Shown: piece by piece, positions 25,851 to 37,120 of the stretch
How positions within the stretch are numbered: the stretch's first letter is position 1
How the letters are laid out: the number at the start of each line of letters is the position of its first letter
Position numbers and translations under genes: made by a program
The notes under the pieces: model-generated
Database searches by the model: none
The model's input: the letters and a program-made list of their open reading frames with translations, nothing else
What the model was told of the DNA's origin: nothing
From: Malacoraja senta
Taxonomy: Eukaryota
DNA: 64,000 nt
Direction: 5' to 3'
Assembly (NCBI GenBank): GCA_038087875.1
Contig: CM075995.1
Location: forward strand, 1,924,001 to 1,988,000

Positions 25851-27162
25851 CCTTAAGAGTGCTTAAAGGGAGGGTGAGAAAACAGTCCCACGTGACATCT
25901 GAATTGCTGGACAATTGCTTCATGGATTATAGGAGTTTTACCATTGTATTTTTTTAAATGTTATTATTATTCATTTTCTGGGATGTGGACATCATGGGCA
26001 ATACAGTGGGATTTACTGTTCATCACTAATCACCCTTGAGAACATGGCAGAGGTCACCTCCTTGAACCACAGCAGATCATTTTCTTCCTAAAAATACATG
26101 TTGTTCATATGATTTTGCAAATATATATCTGTTTGTTGCCATTTACTGTAATTAGCACATGATTAAATTTGTTTATGAGATTTATATTATGTCAACATGT
26201 ACCATTCTTTTCTTTTACAAACATTCCATGAGCGATGACTCATTTGTTGTCGATAGTCCCACAGTGTTATTGTGGGGGGAGTATCAAGATTTGGAGCCAG
26301 AATTGATGAAGGAACACTGATATTGTGATACATCAATTTATTTTTTCAAGGACCAGTCTTACCACTCCCTCTTCTCCTCCCCCACCAGGCAAGACAAACT
26401 GAAGTTTGAAAAAGAAGTTTGAAAGAGTCAGGGGCGGTTTCTTCCCAGCTGTAATCATCCAACTAGAGAGTGGTCCTGACCTCACATTTACCTCATTGGA
26501 GACCTTGAAAGAATCTTTAATCGAACTCTACTGGACTGAACGTAACATCCGTTATCCTCTATCTGTACAGTGTAGACGGATTGATGTGTAGTCTTTCCAC
26601 TGACTGGGCAGCACACCAAAAAAACACTTTGCACTGTACCTCTGCTTAAAAACAAATAGGGAATAATGTTTTAGTGCAAGGTTTATCCAGCAAAGTCCAA
26701 TCAAGGATAGTCCGAGGGTCACCAATGAGGTAGATGGTGGTTCAGCACTTGGTTGTGTCACAGCTCTGAGCTAGGCACCAGGACATATCAGGTGGTCCAT
26801 CACATATTCAGCTTTTGATCATCTCCACCTTCATGAAACAACACCTCTTTCATTTCCAACATACGCAATGGCTTTAAAAGACATCAACTATCTCGGCGCA
26901 TTTCTCAGGAGCATTATCAGAGAGAATCTTGACAGGGAATGGGACGTGTTTGATCACTGATCATGTTCTATGTTTCTATGTGAAGAGATCTACAAGAGAA
27001 CAGAAGTCGTCTATGGAGGGAATTTCAGTGCTTTGGGCTGATGAATTTAAACCTGAAGCTACTCAGAGGCACCTCAGCATATTAATCAATCATTGTAACA
27101 GTTACTGTATTTCAAACGCAGTCAAGTTGTTATTAAGTGCTTTGGGATTCCCCTTGGACAGT

Positions 27163-27675
27163 TCAGTGGTGCAGCAGTAGAGTTGCTGCCTAAAGGGCCT
27201 GTCCCACTTTCACGACCTAATACACGACCTCTGCCGAGTTTGCCCTTGACTCATACTCGCAGCATGGTCGTCACAAGGTCGAAGGTAGGTCGTAGCAGGC
27301 CGTGATGTTAGTCGTAGGTACTCGTGGCATCAAGTAGGTCGGGGCGTTTTTTCTAGCATGATGAAAAATGTCCACGAGTAAAAAAGGTCATGAATTAGGT
27401 CGTGAAAGTGGGACAGGCCCTTTACAGCGCCAGAGACCCGGGTTCAATCCTGACTACTGTATGCTGTTTGTACGTTCTCCGTGTGACCGGCGTCGGTTTT
27501 CTCTGAGAACTTCGGTTTCCTTCCACAGTCCGAAGACGTACAGATTTGTAGGCTAATTGGCATGGTAAAATTGTAAATTGCCCCTAGTGTGTGTAGCATA
27601 GCGTTGGTGTGTGGGGATTGCTGGTCGGCGCAGACTCGGTGTGCTGAAACACTATTTCTAAACTAAACTAAACTA
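27163..27675 (+). mobile_element. V-SINE with a nested Harbinger-type MITE (27194-27421)
   Basis: MITE TIR AGGGCCTGTCCCACTTTCACGACCTAAT / ATTAGGTCGTGAAAGTGGGACAGGCCCT sits at the SINE 'gcc tta cagcg' site, flanks TAA/TTA. Confidence 0.85.
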
Positions 27676-27809
27676 AAAAAAGTTTTTCGTGAACTGGAGG
27701 TGACTCAGAAACCCACTTATCAAAACAGTCAAACAAACCAAGGATATTAAAAAAATATATATATTTTTTCTAAATCAGGTTGAACAGCTGCAAAAGTAGT
27801 TTTACATGT

Positions 27810-28350
27810 CTTCAAGCAACTGAATTATCCTACCACAACTAGAGAGCAGTTCTTGACTACTGTCAACCTCATTGGTGACCCTCAGACTATCTTTGATCGG
27901 ACTTCATTGGCTTTACCTTGCACTAAACTTTATTCCCTATTGTAAATGGCTCGATTGTAATCATGTATTGTCTTTCCACTGACAGTTTGGGCATGCAACA
28001 AAAGCTTTTCAATGTGCAACTCCTCACACTTGCTCGGGTTAAACTGCATCTGTCATTTTCCTGCCCATTACTGTAGCAGATTTGCGCTTCCAAGATGGCG
28101 CCTAACCCAGGCGACTATTTGCGTGCTCGCCACAGAAGTAGATCTACAATCACAGACTACAATCGCTCCACACTCTTCAATCTCTACTCCTGCAGTAAGA
28201 TTTCACAAAACGTTATTCCCTTATCATGTATCTCAACACTGTAAATGGCTCGATTGTAATCATGTATTGTCTTTCCGCTGGCTGGTTAGCACCCAACAGA
28301 AGCTTTTCACTTACCTCGATGCACGTGACAATAAACTAAACTGAAACTTC
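27810..28350 (+). mobile_element. Rex1/Babar-like 3' UTR fragments; the second is preceded by a GC-rich caagatggcgcc head (possible bipartite non-autonomous copy)
   Basis: tgtaaatggctcgattgtaatcatgtattgtctttcc...gtgacaataaactaaact shared with 3440-3550. Confidence 0.6.
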
Positions 28351-29049
28351 ATTTTGAATAACTGTTCTTAAATATGTAGGATATAATGAGAATAGATGCA
28401 AAATGCTGGAGTAACTCAGTGGGACAGGCAGAATCGCTGGAGAGAAGGAATGGGTGACGTTTCGGGTCGAGACCCTTCTTCAGGTTATAATGAGATTTGT
28501 AGGGTCTGTAGAAACGTTCATGTATTAACCACTACTCAAACAAATGGTTAAGAACAGATTGCCATATATTGCTCATTGTATACAGCGTTGGCTCTGTTTA
28601 CACAACTGGCATTTAGCCACAGTAATTATGATCTGTAACTGCGGCAATCAGCTCAAGACTGCGACAGGGTCAAATCTGATCTACAGTGCTCTTATCCAAA
28701 ACTGCTCAAGTCATCAAATTAACCTATTGGTAGCTGAACACCAGCCAAGCATAGACAGGCATTAGAATAAGAATGGTTTAAAAAAAAAGGTTTCTAGGAC
28801 TGGGACCAGCAATATTTAACAAATGAGATGAAATAGAGTCAAAGAGTCATGGACTTGACCTCTTGGCACTAATACAGTTGCAGACAATCACTGTATAAAT
28901 TATCATATGGGACAATGAAACAGGACCTACAAAAAAATGGAAACAGAATTAAATCAGTTATATTGACAATGTTAATTTTGTCTTATATCCAAAAAGGATA
29001 ATCTGATAAGAGCTTAATGGAAGCTCTATTTGTAATACTTATTACTAGA

Positions 29050-29550
29050 GTTATGGAGTCAAACAGAATGGAAACAGGCCCTTTGGCCCAACTTGTCCAC
29101 ACCGACCAACATGCTCCATCTACACTAGTCCCACCTGACTGCGTTTGGTCCATATCCCTCTAAACCTGCCCTATCCATGTACCTGCCTAATATATTTCCG
29201 AAACGTTGCGATTGCCCCTCCTTCAACTGCCTTCTCCGGCAGCTCGTTTCATGCACTCAGAACCCTTTTGTGTTAAAAAGTTACCCCTCATGTTCCTATT
29301 AAAACTTTCCCCCTCACCTTAAACCTATGTCCTCTGGTTCTCAATTCCCCTACTCTGGGCAAAAGACTGTGCATTTACCCGATCTATTCCTCTCATGATT
29401 TTGTACACCTCTATAAGATCACCCCTCATCCTCCTGTGCTCCAAGGAATTGAGTCCTAGCCTGCTCAACCTCTCCCTATAGCTCAGGCCCTCGAATCCAG
29501 GCAACATCCTCGTAAATCTTCTCTGCACCCTTTCCAGCTTGACAACATCT
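29050..29550 (-). mobile_element. CR1-like LINE 3' fragment
   Basis: ORF RDVVKLERVQRRFTRMLPGFEGLSYRERLSRLGLNSLEHRRMRGDLIEVYKIMRGIDRV. Confidence 0.9.
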
Positions 29551-31967
29551 CGTATTTTCACTTTCAGCTTTTAGAAATCTTTATAGAAGCTCTATTGTCA
29601 ATACTTATTATTGGTTTCAAATAATGGAACTTTATTCTTAATCTGCATAACATAGCATTTATAGAGGCATTAATGTTTTCTATAAATGCTATTTTATGCT
29701 GATTAAACAGCTCTCTACATTTAAAGATGTGATAATTTTGGAATAAAGTTAGATTCCATTATTTTAAACCAACAAGTATTATAAATAGAGCTTCTATATA
29801 GATTTCTGAAAGCTGAATTTGAAAATACGAGTCCAACATAGCAGAATAACATGGATAGATACAAAATGCTGGTGTAACTCAGTGGATTAGGCAACGTCTC
29901 TGGAGAAAAACACTAGGTGACGTTTCGGGTCAGAAGCCTTCTTCAGACTAACCTCCTCCATCACTGACAACAGATAGTCATAGAGTGATACAGTGTGGAA
30001 ACAGGCCCTTCAGCCCAACTTACCCACAACGGCCAACATGTCCCAGCCACACTAGTCCCACCTGCCTGCGCTTGGTACATATCCAAACTTGCCTTATCCT
30101 TGTACCTGTCTAACTGTTTCTTAAACATTGGGATATTCCCCGTCTCAACAACCGCTTTTGGCAGCTTGTTCCATACACCCATCACTCTTTATGTGAAAAT
30201 GTACACTTTTTACCAAACATCATGTCCCTTCCCCCAATTACATGATGACGGGAACAGAATTAGCTTCATTGACCACAATAAACGCACAGTGTAAATCTGA
30301 AATAAAAGCAAAAAAATACTGAAGCTACTCAACAGGCCAGGGAGAATCAGACTGACTACCTTTCATTAGAGCTGGAAAAGTGAGAGCTGTTGACACAAGT
30401 AACTGCATGTGCTGGTTTATAAAAAAAAAGATGCAAAAGTGCTGGAGTAACTCAGCGAGTCAGGCAGCATCTCAGGAGACCATAGATAGATGACATTATG
30501 GGTTAGGACCTTCTTCACACCTGACCCGAAAAAGCATATATCCATACTTTTATGTCTATTTTTGCTGGAGTAACTCAGCGGGTCAGGCAACATCTCTGAA
30601 GGACATGGATAGGTGACGTTTCAGGTTGGGGCTCTTCTTCAGACACCAATGTGTCTGAAGAAGAGTTTTGACCTGCAACGACGCCTCTCCATGCCTTCCA
30701 GAAATATTGCCTAACATGCTGAGTAGCTCCAGTACTTGCCGTTTCTTTTGGAAAACTGGGAAAACGAGTATTTAACTTTGGGAGAAGGAGAGTCTGTAAA
30801 TGATCTAGAACAAGAGAATCCTGATGAAACCAACATCTAAGAGAGAAAGCTGACCTGCTGGAGAAGGGTAAATGATGGAAGAATACAGGATAAACTCACC
30901 ATACATAGATCAGTATGGGTGTCAGGGGTTATGGGGAGAAGGCAGGAGAATGGGGTTGTGAGGGAAAGGTAGATCAGCCATGATTGAATGGCGGAGTAAA
31001 CGATGGGCCAAATGGCTTAATTCTGCTTCTACAACTTATGAATTTATGAGGCAAACAGTCCTGCAGTTACGAGTTGCAGAACTTGTTTGTTGGCTGGAAA
31101 CCTGAAGCAAGAGAGAATAAGACAAGCCAAGCAGATCTGTGGAGAGAGAAGATAGACACAAAATGCTGGAGTAACTCAGTGGGACAGGCAGCATCTCTGG
31201 AGATAAGGAATGGATGACGTTTCGGGTCGTGACCCTTCTTCAGAATGGACGCGTTGGGCTGAAAGGCCTGTTTCCGTGCTGTATGACTCTTTCACCTTCT
31301 GCCCACAATTGCTCGTGCCCTTGCCCTTGCCAATGCATGCTGAACTTGTCCATTTCGTCTGGTGTGCACAACCTAAAGTTGTTGGACAACTTGTTCTATT
31401 TGATCTTCCGTTTGTGCACGTCGAGTTGATTGCATTAGTCGAAACAGGGCGGACCACGTGAAGGTTGCAATCTTCCACCCCAAATCTAGGTCACGACACA
31501 ACCTCCCTACAGATGTTCAGCATTAGTTTCACCCTCAACAATAACAATTTGACAAGTTAAAATTTGGAATCTACATCAGTGAACCATGTTTATTGGAAGC
31601 CTATTTACAAAAGGAGTTTGACCTTCAGGTGGAATCCTTCAAGCTTATTTCAAAGTTTTTTTTCCCTCCTGAACAAAGTGCATGCCATTTAGTCCATTGA
31701 TCATCCATCCGTTGAAAAATAAACAAGAGTACTTTTTTTTTAATTGACACATCACATTCTTAAAAGATGGCAGATAAAATACAGTAATCTGAACTGTTTG
31801 AAGAGACTGGACCACAAGATTTTTCTGATTTTAAATTGAAAGTATATTAAATTATGATATGTTATGATATTATGAAATATTAATTTCTCCAACATTAAGC
31901 TTTAAATTTAAATACGTTTGACTAAAATCAAACACCTTAATACCAAGAAAACGGCAGATGGTCTAGA

Positions 31968-32468
31968 GCGGCACAGTGGTAAAGTTGCTGCCTTACAGCG
32001 CTAGATACCCGGGTTCCGTCCCGACTACGGGTGCTGTCTATACGGTGTATGTACATTCTCCCTGTGACCTCAGAGGGCGGTGGAGGCAGGTTCTCTGGAT
32101 GCTTTCAAGAGAGAGCTAGATAGGGCTCTTAAAAATAGCGGAGTCAGGGGATATGGGGAGAAGGCAGGAACGGGGTACTGATTGGGGATGATCAGCCATG
32201 ATCACATTGAATGGCGGTGCTGGCTCGAAGGGCCGAATGGCCTACTCCTGCACCTATTGTCTATTGTCTATTGACCGTGTGGGTTTTCTCCACGTGCTCT
32301 GGTTTACTCCCACACTCCAAAGACATATAGGTTAGTTGGTTAATTGGCTTTGTTCAAAAGGTAAATTGTCCATAGTGTGTAAGATAGTGCTAGTTAGTGT
32401 ACAGGGTGATCGCTGATCGGCTCAGACTCGGTGGGCTAAGGGGCCTGTCTCCGCGCTGTATCTCTAAA
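31968..32468 (+). mobile_element. V-SINE with a nested CR1 3' end (about 32070-32272)
   Basis: SINE is split at tgacc; the insert ends in the (ctattgt)n CR1 tail. Confidence 0.8.
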
Positions 32469-32759
32469 GGTGTTAAGCCTGTCAATGGGGCTAATACACA
32501 AATGAGGAATGCAGAATATTACACCAGACTCACCATACCCATGAATGATGAGGTGCTAGTTTAGTGATGCTAAAACACTTGCCTCCATGCATGCTAACCA
32601 ACTAAACAGCATACAATGCACAGAGACAAGTGATCTCATTCATGACAATAAATTAGATCAAAACTCTGCATCTGCTTGTGAATGGTGGATGATTATTAAA
32701 GCGCAAATGGAAAGAGCAAACTCCAAGAATATCCTGAAGGATCAAACTGTAAAGGACAT

Positions 32760-33179
32760 AGGTGAGGCCACAGTTGTCCGTTCCATTTTGTGTTCCATTT
32801 TGGTCACCCTGTTACAGGAACGATGTTGTTAAGCTGGAAAGAGTGCAGAGAAGATTGATGAGGATTTTGCCACTCGAGGGCCTGAACTTTAGATAGAGGG
32901 TGAGTAGGCTATGACGTTTTTTCCTTGGAGCACAGGAGGATGAGATGTGATCTCTTAGAGGTGCGCAACATCATGAGAGGAATCGGTACGGTAAATGCAT
33001 AGTCTTTTACCCAGAATAGGCGAATCAAGAACCAGAGGTCATAGGTTAAAGGTGAGAGGGCAAAGAGGAAAAGAAACCTGAGGGGAAGCTTTTTCACATG
33101 GGACGAGCTGTACGAGGCAGGTACCATTACAACATTTAAAAGACATTTGGACAGGTACATGGAAACTTTCAGAAGGATA
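32760..33179 (+). mobile_element. CR1-like LINE fragment that hosts the Helitron; continues at 35979-36070
   Basis: ...cagaaggata|tgggtgaatgcagg rejoins to the CR1 3' consensus gagggatatgggccaaacgcagg. Confidence 0.75.
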
Positions 33180-33775
33180 CTAGACCAAGTGGGACCCGTT
33201 GGGTCCGTCCCTCAACGCAGCTAGAGAGGGGGGGGGGGTGGAGAGGGAGGGGGGAGGGGTGCAGAGAGGGAGAGGCAGGGGGGTAAAGATTGAAGGGTGG
33301 GTGGAGGGGGGGCTCACGGCGTCACAGTGGGGGGCTGGTTCCGGAACGCAACACTCCACCACTCACCCATAGGTCCCAATATTCACCACTCCCTAGAGAG
33401 GGGGGGCAGAGAGGGAGGGGGCAGAGAGGGAGGGGGGACAGAGAGGGAGGGGGCCAGAGAGGAAGGGGGCAGAGAGGGAGGGGGGCACAGAGGGAGGGTG
33501 GCAGAGAGGGAGGGGCAGAGACGCGGGGGGCAGAGAGGGAGAGGGGGGGGGGCAGAAAGGGAGGGGACACAGAGGGAGGGGTAGAGGCAGCACCTGCCCA
33601 GGTCATAGAGCAGCAGCCTCCACGAGGCTGCAGGTGGGTGTAGACCTGAGCGAGCCCCCCTCCCTGCCTCCACGCCCCCTCTCCTCACCCCTCTACCGTC
33701 TCCTCCCCGCAATCCTCCGCCCTCTCCTCCCCCTCTCCCTCCACCCTCTCCTCCCCGCTCACCATCCCCCCCCCC

Positions 33776-33975
33776 NNNNNNNNNNNNNNNNNNNNNNNNN
33801 NNNNNNNNNNNNNNNNNNNNNNNNNNNNNNNNNNNNNNNNNNNNNNNNNNNNNNNNNNNNNNNNNNNNNNNNNNNNNNNNNNNNNNNNNNNNNNNNNNNN
33901 NNNNNNNNNNNNNNNNNNNNNNNNNNNNNNNNNNNNNNNNNNNNNNNNNNNNNNNNNNNNNNNNNNNNNNNNNNN
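33776..33975. other. Assembly gap (200 N) within G/C-rich low-complexity repeats
   Basis: Run of N; the flanks share ctcaccatcccccccccc and gtagaggcagcacct.cccaggtcatagagca. Confidence 0.98.
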
Positions 33976-34133
33976 TCCCCCCCTCACCATCCCCCCCCCC
34001 TCCCTCCACCCCCCTTTTCTCCCACCCCCCCCTCCCTCTCTCTCTTTCTCTTCCCCGGGGAGGGGGTAGAGAGGGAGGGGGAGGGGGTAGAGGCAGCACC
34101 TACCCAGGTCATAGAGCAATAGACAATAGACAA

Positions 34134-34583
34134 TGTAAAGGATTCATAATGAGGCATCGTTACTTTACTATCTTTATTCATACTGGAGCATTACACATTG
34201 CACTAGCTCTACGTGGTCTGTCACAGGAACTAGAGAGCGATCTGTGGGTGGGGAGGTGTAGATATACTTGTGATATGGGGAGTGGTTAGTAGGTATGAGG
34301 TCACTATGTTAAAGGCACATGCATATCTCATCTACATCTTTCCTCTTCGAAACGACAGGCAAATACAATGGTGACATGGCGACCACGGCTCATGCGCTAG
34401 GATAGTTAAACAAAATCGCCATAGCGGTCAGGCGGTTTGACAAGACGTCCCGCCCGGGTTCGCGTCTCGCCATCCACCCTTCCTGCAGGAAAGACGAACC
34501 CGAAAGGGAGAAACGGGAGGAGACGGAGGAGACCGCGGCACCGAACCCCGGAGGGGATGCGAGGTCGGGACCGGGAAGAGCGT
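34134..34583 (-). mobile_element. Gypsy-type LTR retrotransposon 3' fragment (integrase C-terminal tail, PPT, 203-bp LTR)
   Basis: Minus strand: ORF ending TRTRAGRLVKPPDRYGDFV*, then PPT GAAGAGGAAAGA (34337-34348) abutting an LTR TGTAGA...AATAAA...TTTACA (34134-34336). Confidence 0.7.
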
Positions 34584-34945
34584 GCCAGCACCGCCATTCA
34601 ATGTGATCATGGCTGATCATCCCCAATCAGTAACCCGTTCCTGCCTTCTCCCCATATCCGCTGACTCCGCTATCTTTAAGAGCCCTATCTAGCTCTCTGT
34701 TGAAAGTATCCAGAGAACCTGCCTCCACCGCCCTCTGAGGCAGAGAATTCCACAGACTCGCCACTCTCTGTGAGAAAAAGTATTTCCTCGTCTCCGTTCT
34801 AAATGGCTTACTCCTTATTCTTAAACTGTGGCCCCTGGTTCTGGACTCCCCCAACATCGGGAATATGTTTCCTGCCTCTAGTGTGTCCAAACCCCTAACA
34901 ATCTTATATGTTTCAATAAGATTCCCTCTCATCCTTCTAAACTCC
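34584..34945 (-). mobile_element. Young CR1-like 3' end nested in the Helitron (its tail lies at 34117-34133)
   Basis: ORF MRGNLIETYKIVRGLDTLEAGNIFPMLGESRTRGHSLRIR..WNSLPQRAVEAGSL. Confidence 0.85.
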
Positions 34946-35607
34946 AGGCCTGAGCGAGGCTGCGGCCAGCATGGACCCGTGTGAGGCCCGGAGCGATCTG
35001 AGGACGGTCAAAAGCAGCGGAGGGCCGGCCGATCGTGGCTTCCGCGAGGGGAAGCCCACCCACCCGTGTGACAGACGATCGGACGTGGGGGACGGAGAGG
35101 AGGTCGTCCCCTGTGACGGCCAAAGATCGCCAGGTGGGATTGGGATCACCAGCGAGGAAAAGGCGACCCGATTCCCCGAGTCCCTGCGATCGATGGAACA
35201 ATGGCAGGTCTCCCTAGACGGCCTCTCCCAGAGGGAGTAATGGCCGTCAAGGCCACCATCCCATCGCGCTGCCCTGCGCCCACGCGGCGATAACGGCCGC
35301 TGCCGCCATGTTCTAGAACTTCAAGGAGCCTAGCGGAGCACGCAGCACGACCTGAGCAGCAGTTTAAAAATGCTAAGTGACAAATTTAAAGAAGTGAAAG
35401 TTAAGAAGCCAAGAAGTACAGAAGACAGAACAGGGATGATGTCACTCGCAGCGCGAGCAGCGTCAGGCAGTCAGATCCATTGTGATGTCATCAGCGAGAC
35501 CATCTCATTTATTTTCTATGTTATTTGAAATTTTTGAAAATTTTCATAAATAACTCGAGAAATAATGCATGAAATTTTCAGATAAGGTGATTTTTGACAT
35601 CATGGAA

Positions 35608-35868
35608 TATAGACAATAAACAATAGACAATAGGTGCAGGAGTAGGCCATTCGGCCCTTCGAGCCAGCACCGCCATTCAATGTGATCATGGCTGATCATC
35701 CCCAATCAGTACCCCGTTCCTGCCTTCTCCCCATATCCGCTATCTTTAAGAGCCCTATCTAGCTCTCTCTTGAAAGCATCCAGAGAACCTGCCTCCACCG
35801 CCCTCTGAGGCAGAGAATTCCAGACTCACCACTCTCTGTGTGAAAAAGTGTTTCCTCGTCTCCGTTCT
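35608..35868 (-). mobile_element. CR1-like 3' end nested in the Helitron
   Basis: (caataga)n tail followed by ggtgcaggagtaggccattcggcccttcgagcc. Confidence 0.85.
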
Positions 35869-36884
35869 ATGTAAGAATTTCACCGTTGGCGCATCGAGTT
35901 TTCAAGGAGATGTGAAACATACACAAACATCACACAAATAAATGCACATCCAAGTTCAGAGTTTTATAAGTATAGAGATGGGTGAATGCAGGTATGTGGA
36001 CTAGGGGAAATGGGGCATCTTAGTCTGCATGGGCAAGTTGGGCCTCAGGGATTGTTCCCAAGACTCTATGATGGGGTCCAACATGGGAGGGCCAAAGAGA
36101 AAGACAGATTATTCACAACCAGAAATGTTGAATCGTTAAACTAAAACTAAACATTCCATTATAGATCTAACCTGAGAGTTGGTTCACACAATCAAGCGTA
36201 AGTCACATCAACAACTGAAGCCAATTCTGTGATTCCTTTCTCATGATACCTCCATATACAATGGATCTTCTGCTTGGACTAGTAATTTTTTCACAGAATC
36301 GGTCATTGAATCATTATAGAAACATAGAAATTAGTTGCAGGAGTAGGCCATTCGGCCCTTCGAGCCTGCACCGCCATTCAATATGATCATGGCTGATCAT
36401 CCAACTCAGTATCCTGTACCTGCCTTCTCTCCATACCCTCTGATCCCTTTAGCCACAAGGGCCACATCTAACTCCCTCTTAAATATAGCCAATGAACTGG
36501 CCTCGACTACCCTCTGTGGCAGAGAGTTCCAGAGATTCACCACTCTCTTGTGTGAAAAAAGTTCTTCTCATCTCGGTTTTAAAGGATTTCCCCCTTATCC
36601 TTAAGCTGTGACCCCTTGTCCTGGACTTCCCCAACATTGAAGATGCCTATTTGAGACCATATGTTTCCATAACAGCAATTTGGGCTCACTTCCCATACCT
36701 GTGGAACAACTCACTTCTGGGCGGTAACCCAGCAAATGCTCTTTGCACTCTTGCCCTTTGTCTTGCTATTCCACACTCAGAGCCATTGAGAATTCCGGAT
36801 TTGATGTGCGTACAAGAATTCTGACAAATGACACTCAAATCTGAAACCATGAAACATTTGGAACCAAATAACTGCAAGTGCAAA

Positions 36885-37120
36885 AGGACACCTAGTGCTG
36901 GAGCAACTCAGCAGGTCAGGCAGCATCTCTGGAGAAAAGGAATAGGTGACGTTTCAGGTCGAGATCCTTCATCAGACGTCATCAATTGAGTCTGATAAAG
37001 GGTCTCGACCCGAAATATCACTAATTCCTTCTCTCCAGAGATGCTACCTGATCTGCTGAATTACTCCAGCATTTGTGTCTATCTTTGGTGTAAACTAGTA
37101 TTTGCTCTTCTTCTTACACA
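36885..37120. mobile_element. Older Penelope-like fold-back insert
   Basis: Inverted arms around 36985; core CTGATGA..GAAACGTC on the minus strand at 36948-36975. Confidence 0.75.

Larger units (their letters stand above)
33180..35978 (-). mobile_element. Non-autonomous Helitron (rolling-circle element)
   Basis: Minus strand starts TCTCTATACTTATAAAAC and ends GGACCC-AAC-GGGTCC hairpin + CACTTGGTCTAG; inserted between A and T with no TSD; spans the assembly gap. Confidence 0.8.

Noticed and set aside
33180..34181. Long Gly/Arg/Pro-rich ORFs
   Set aside because: Low-complexity repeats and an N gap, not coding.
35299..35316. Kozak-like GCCGCCATG in a GC-rich block as a gene start
   Set aside because: Followed immediately by TTC TAG and lies inside the Helitron.
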